The translations under genes and the position numbers were made by a program. Of a stretch of 64,000 bases of DNA, positions 60,968 through 64,000 are shown piece after piece. Under the pieces are notes generated by a model that did not search any database, had not been told where the DNA came from, and saw only the letters and a program-made list of their open reading frames with translations. This stretch comes from Bugula neritina (taxonomy: Eukaryota > Animalia > Bryozoa), in assembly GCA_964035545.1 (NCBI GenBank), contig OZ037765.1, positions 4,102,698 to 4,166,697 on the forward strand, in the 5' to 3' direction. Within the stretch, counting starts at the first letter, position 1. Each line of letters opens with the position of its first letter.

Positions 60968-61782
60968 GCCCCCTGGTATTGGGGTCGTCCTTGCTGTCCA
61001 TGGTCTTGACCAGCACTACTCCAGCCTGGCCCCACAGGTGTTGGGGGCAACCGCAGGGCCTGACCGGGGCCAGCGCCGGCCAGAATGGTTACCAGCTGTC
61101 CCAGCATCTCTACCATACGGTCCACTTCGGCTTCCAGCGGGGGGGCTTCGGGGCCTGTTGTAGCCCTGGCAGCGCTGACTCCAACTACTGGTGGGTTCCG
61201 TTGTGCTCGATGCATTTGGGTAGCCAACAGGTAAGCTTCTCCAGCCTTCAAGGCATCCTCTATCCTGGTTATCCCTTTTGCTCGGAGCTGATGGTGTAGG
61301 CCCAGGTCCTTCAGTGACTGGACAAAGGCGTCATAGGTGTAACACTCTTGGTGTTGTGCTGGCAGATCGCTATACGCAATCTGCGCCAGCTTCTTCACCG
61401 TCGCGGCATGCTCTTGCAGCGAGGTCCGCGGTGTGCGGCACAATCTCTCTAGCTTGGTCCTAGCGTCTATTGCGGAGATGCCAAAACGGGCCCGCAGCGC
61501 AGCCAGTATCCCGTTTACGTCCGTTCCTACTCCGTACGGCTTGGCTTGCTCCGTCAACGCTCTCCGCAATTGGATAAGGGCCACTCTATGCGGCCATTGA
61601 GCAATCTCCATTACCTCTCTTAATTCTAGTATAAACTGTTCGACATCCTCTGACCCAGTAAAGGTGGGAGCCTTCAAGCAATATCTATAAGCTTCTTCTC
61701 CCTCACGATTCACAGGATTAACATCATTTCTACGCTCACCTTCTACTGGGGGTGGTTGCATTCTAGCATTTTCAGTCTCCAT
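60916..61782 (-). CDS. gag: Gag, element 4 (288 aa)
   Basis: Near-identical to element 1 Gag. Confidence 0.9.
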   Translation of the reverse strand: METENARMQPPPVEGERRNDVNPVNREGEEAYRYCLKAPTFTGSEDVEQFILELREVMEIAQWPHRVALIQLRRALTEQAKPYGVGTDVNGILAALRARFGISAIDARTKLERLCRTPRTSLQEHAATVKKLAQIAYSDLPAQHQECYTYDAFVQSLKDLGLHHQLRAKGITRIEDALKAGEAYLLATQMHRAQRNPPVVGVSAARATTGPEAPPLEAEVDRMVEMLGQLVTILAGAGPGQALRLPPTPVGPGWSSAGQDHGQQGRPQYQGALNCHGPRTLSLPAGRN

Positions 61783-62120
61783 CTTTGATGTACACTATCC
61801 CACCGCTGCCACCACTGTTATGTTTTTCAGATTTAGGGTCGATGTGCCACCAAGAGAGTCTATTTATCACTAGAGAAACTTCACCGAGTTAAGTCGAGTA
61901 GATATCGTTATATTTGAACACAAGAATACATAATAAAATCTAATATACAACAGTAATAATACGCACGTCTATTTAATTTACAGCACTATCCTCAACTGAG
62001 CTAGTAGCGCGAAGCTGCTACTATTACTCATAAACAGCCTAGCTAATTGGCTAATACATTGTTCCGGGTCAATACGCAACCTTGCGTATTGTGTTGCTGG
62101 TAGCTCCACGAGCCACCACA

Positions 62121-64000
62121 ATATTCCAAAATCTCTTCCTGATTTACCCCAAATTTCACAACTAATCTATCCTTTCAACTAATGAGGAAGCATGATGTGT
62201 GTTGGTCATCACTTGAGTCCAAAACACACATTCTCACCATATTGTTTATTTCATGATTATAATACAGTTCACTAAAAAGTGTTGGCTGAAGACCTGGCAC
62301 AGTGCAGCTCTAATCAGCATGCTATTCCCAACAAACGAGAGCCACTACTACCTGCAAACCCAGTAGTTTGTTTTTAAATATTTATATTGTTTGAAATGTT
62401 TCAAAATGTAATTTGGTAGCAGTTTCTACATTTTATTTTACAGCAAGATGCTCTACATTTAAATAACTCTACAAACTGTAAACACTGCAAACTATTGGTG
62501 TTTTATATTCAGTAGTTGTTAACCCACCTGAGATGCTATACGTGCTTGCAGTATACTAAATTTAGACCCAAGCAGTCTTATTTGACAAAGAGTCACTGTG
62601 TTTATGTTACAAGTAGTCTTGATCGGCAAAGACTTACTGTGTTCACATCAGCTAAGACCCACACATATAATTTCATGCAGCAAATAATAGCATTCAATGC
62701 ATAAATTATTACAACTTGTTTATCAAGATAAGTATAGTCCATGCCTGCAATATTTTGATACTTCCATGAAATAGTAACTATCAATAAAGATTTAAATTTC
62801 TTAAATGCAAAACAAAAATGGTGCAGATATTGCTTTTGTGTGTCATACACATGTGGTATGCAAACCTTGGTTTATTATTTATATTATACTCTGTACTCTA
62901 TAGTCTAGTAGTACGTATTTATAATCGCTATGACTAAGCGCAGACTCGTGGGCGTGGTTTAGCTTAAAGCGACCTTGATCCTTTTGGTTTTATAGCTGGT
63001 TCAGTACTCGTTATTTTTATGTTGCTTAGGAAATTAGCTCGCGCACGCGCGTAAAAGTTACAGCGTGCCTAATGCATCATTTTTTAAATAAGACTGTCTG
63101 CATCCCCTCCCCAGAGCGATTTGTTAAGCCTTTGACATTTTCAAAGAAATGGCATCATGGGCCCATGGTTCGTTAGTTTCGAAAAGACATTGAACTAAAA
63201 CTTCCTTTTCTTTCAATCATCAATGGTAGGCTATAGGTTAACAATAACTATTACTTTTGAAAAGTTTTAGCCTATTACTCAGGACAGCCTCCGAAAGATA
63301 TTATTCATTTTCAAAATAATCTTAGTGAAAGGTAGTCAGTTTTGAAAGTAGACAAACTAGAATTAAATGACACTCACACTGGCAGAGCTTGAAGTTTATA
63401 AATAATCAATTAATTCGAGTTTCAAAGCGACTGACACTGGGCATAGATACAAGTACGAGTAAATATTGTAATTATCATTTATAACTTGTATCATATTGAT
63501 ATTCAACATTTAGATAACAGCTAAAACTAAAAGAAACTCACTCACCAGGACTCGGCGAGACTAATTTTAATACCAATACCAAATACTAATGAAGTAAGAT
63601 AATAGTAATACTAATACTATGTTCATAGGCATTCACTTACTTATAGTGATAATACTATGGAGTATGGTACTAGTAGTAACACAAAAACTTGTGGTTGTAG
63701 TTATACACCTACACTTACAGTGACTGTAATATTAAGTCTAATAGTAATTATAGTCATAGCCCATAGGCATAGCCATCAGTATCACTATGTATTAGACTTA
63801 ATGTGAAAATAACTATAACTTAGTATTAGTAATACTAATACTAATATATATTAGTCTAACACCAACATGTATTGGACTGAAAATGACTACAACTATTACT
63901 ATATTAGTATTAGACTAATCAATATTACTATAACTACTAATACATTTTCAGTTTCAATCCAATACATGTTAACTAGCACTATTATCTATCACCTATGTTT
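62121..64000 (+). other. Intergenic/upstream region of a probable third tandem RPTP copy (paralogous to ~17230-19100)
   Basis: Collinear and highly similar to the sequence between the copy A 3' end and the copy B first coding exon; the window ends before the expected signal-peptide exon. Confidence 0.85.

Larger units (their letters stand above)
54668..62120 (-). mobile_element. Ty3/Gypsy LTR retrotransposon element 4 (subfamily A), full length, intergenic downstream of RPTP copy B
   Basis: 305-bp LTRs at 54668-54972 and 61816-62120 (~2 differences), TSD ATAT; empty paralogous site GAGATATTCC at ~17230. Confidence 0.97.

Overview
Eukaryotic (animal, probably invertebrate) genomic DNA with two layers. 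(1) A head-to-tail tandem array of a spliced, + strand receptor-type protein tyrosine phosphatase (RPTP) gene. Copy A is present as its 3' two-thirds (231-16666). Copy B is apparently complete, with 28 coding exons (19573-54081, 1499 aa): signal peptide, two PAN/apple-like domains, an unassigned ~165-aa domain, FN3-like repeats, a stalk with an RKKR furin site, a TM helix, an active PTP D1, a degenerate D2 and a YSNF tail. The window ends in the upstream region of a probable third copy (62121-64000). (2) Four recent full-length ~7.4-kb Ty3/Gypsy LTR retrotransposons (2360-9809 -, 24266-31737 +, 33346-40773 -, 54668-62120 -), plus solo LTRs, MITEs and simple repeats. The best novelty candidate is the Gypsy family. 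It carries a third ORF in the env position that is not env but a 357-aa protein with an acidic N-terminus, C2H2+C2HC zinc fingers, a basic NLS-like patch and a coiled coil; this ORF shows a synonymous-substitution excess and has a divergent homolog in a sister subfamily. The family also has a G_UUA_AAC -1 frameshift signal with a covarying hairpin, has lost the Gag zinc knuckle in one subfamily, and includes a mosaic element. In the host gene, a 45-bp minisatellite amplifies the splice donor that lies inside the catalytic HCSAG motif. All calls are by eye; no searches were run.
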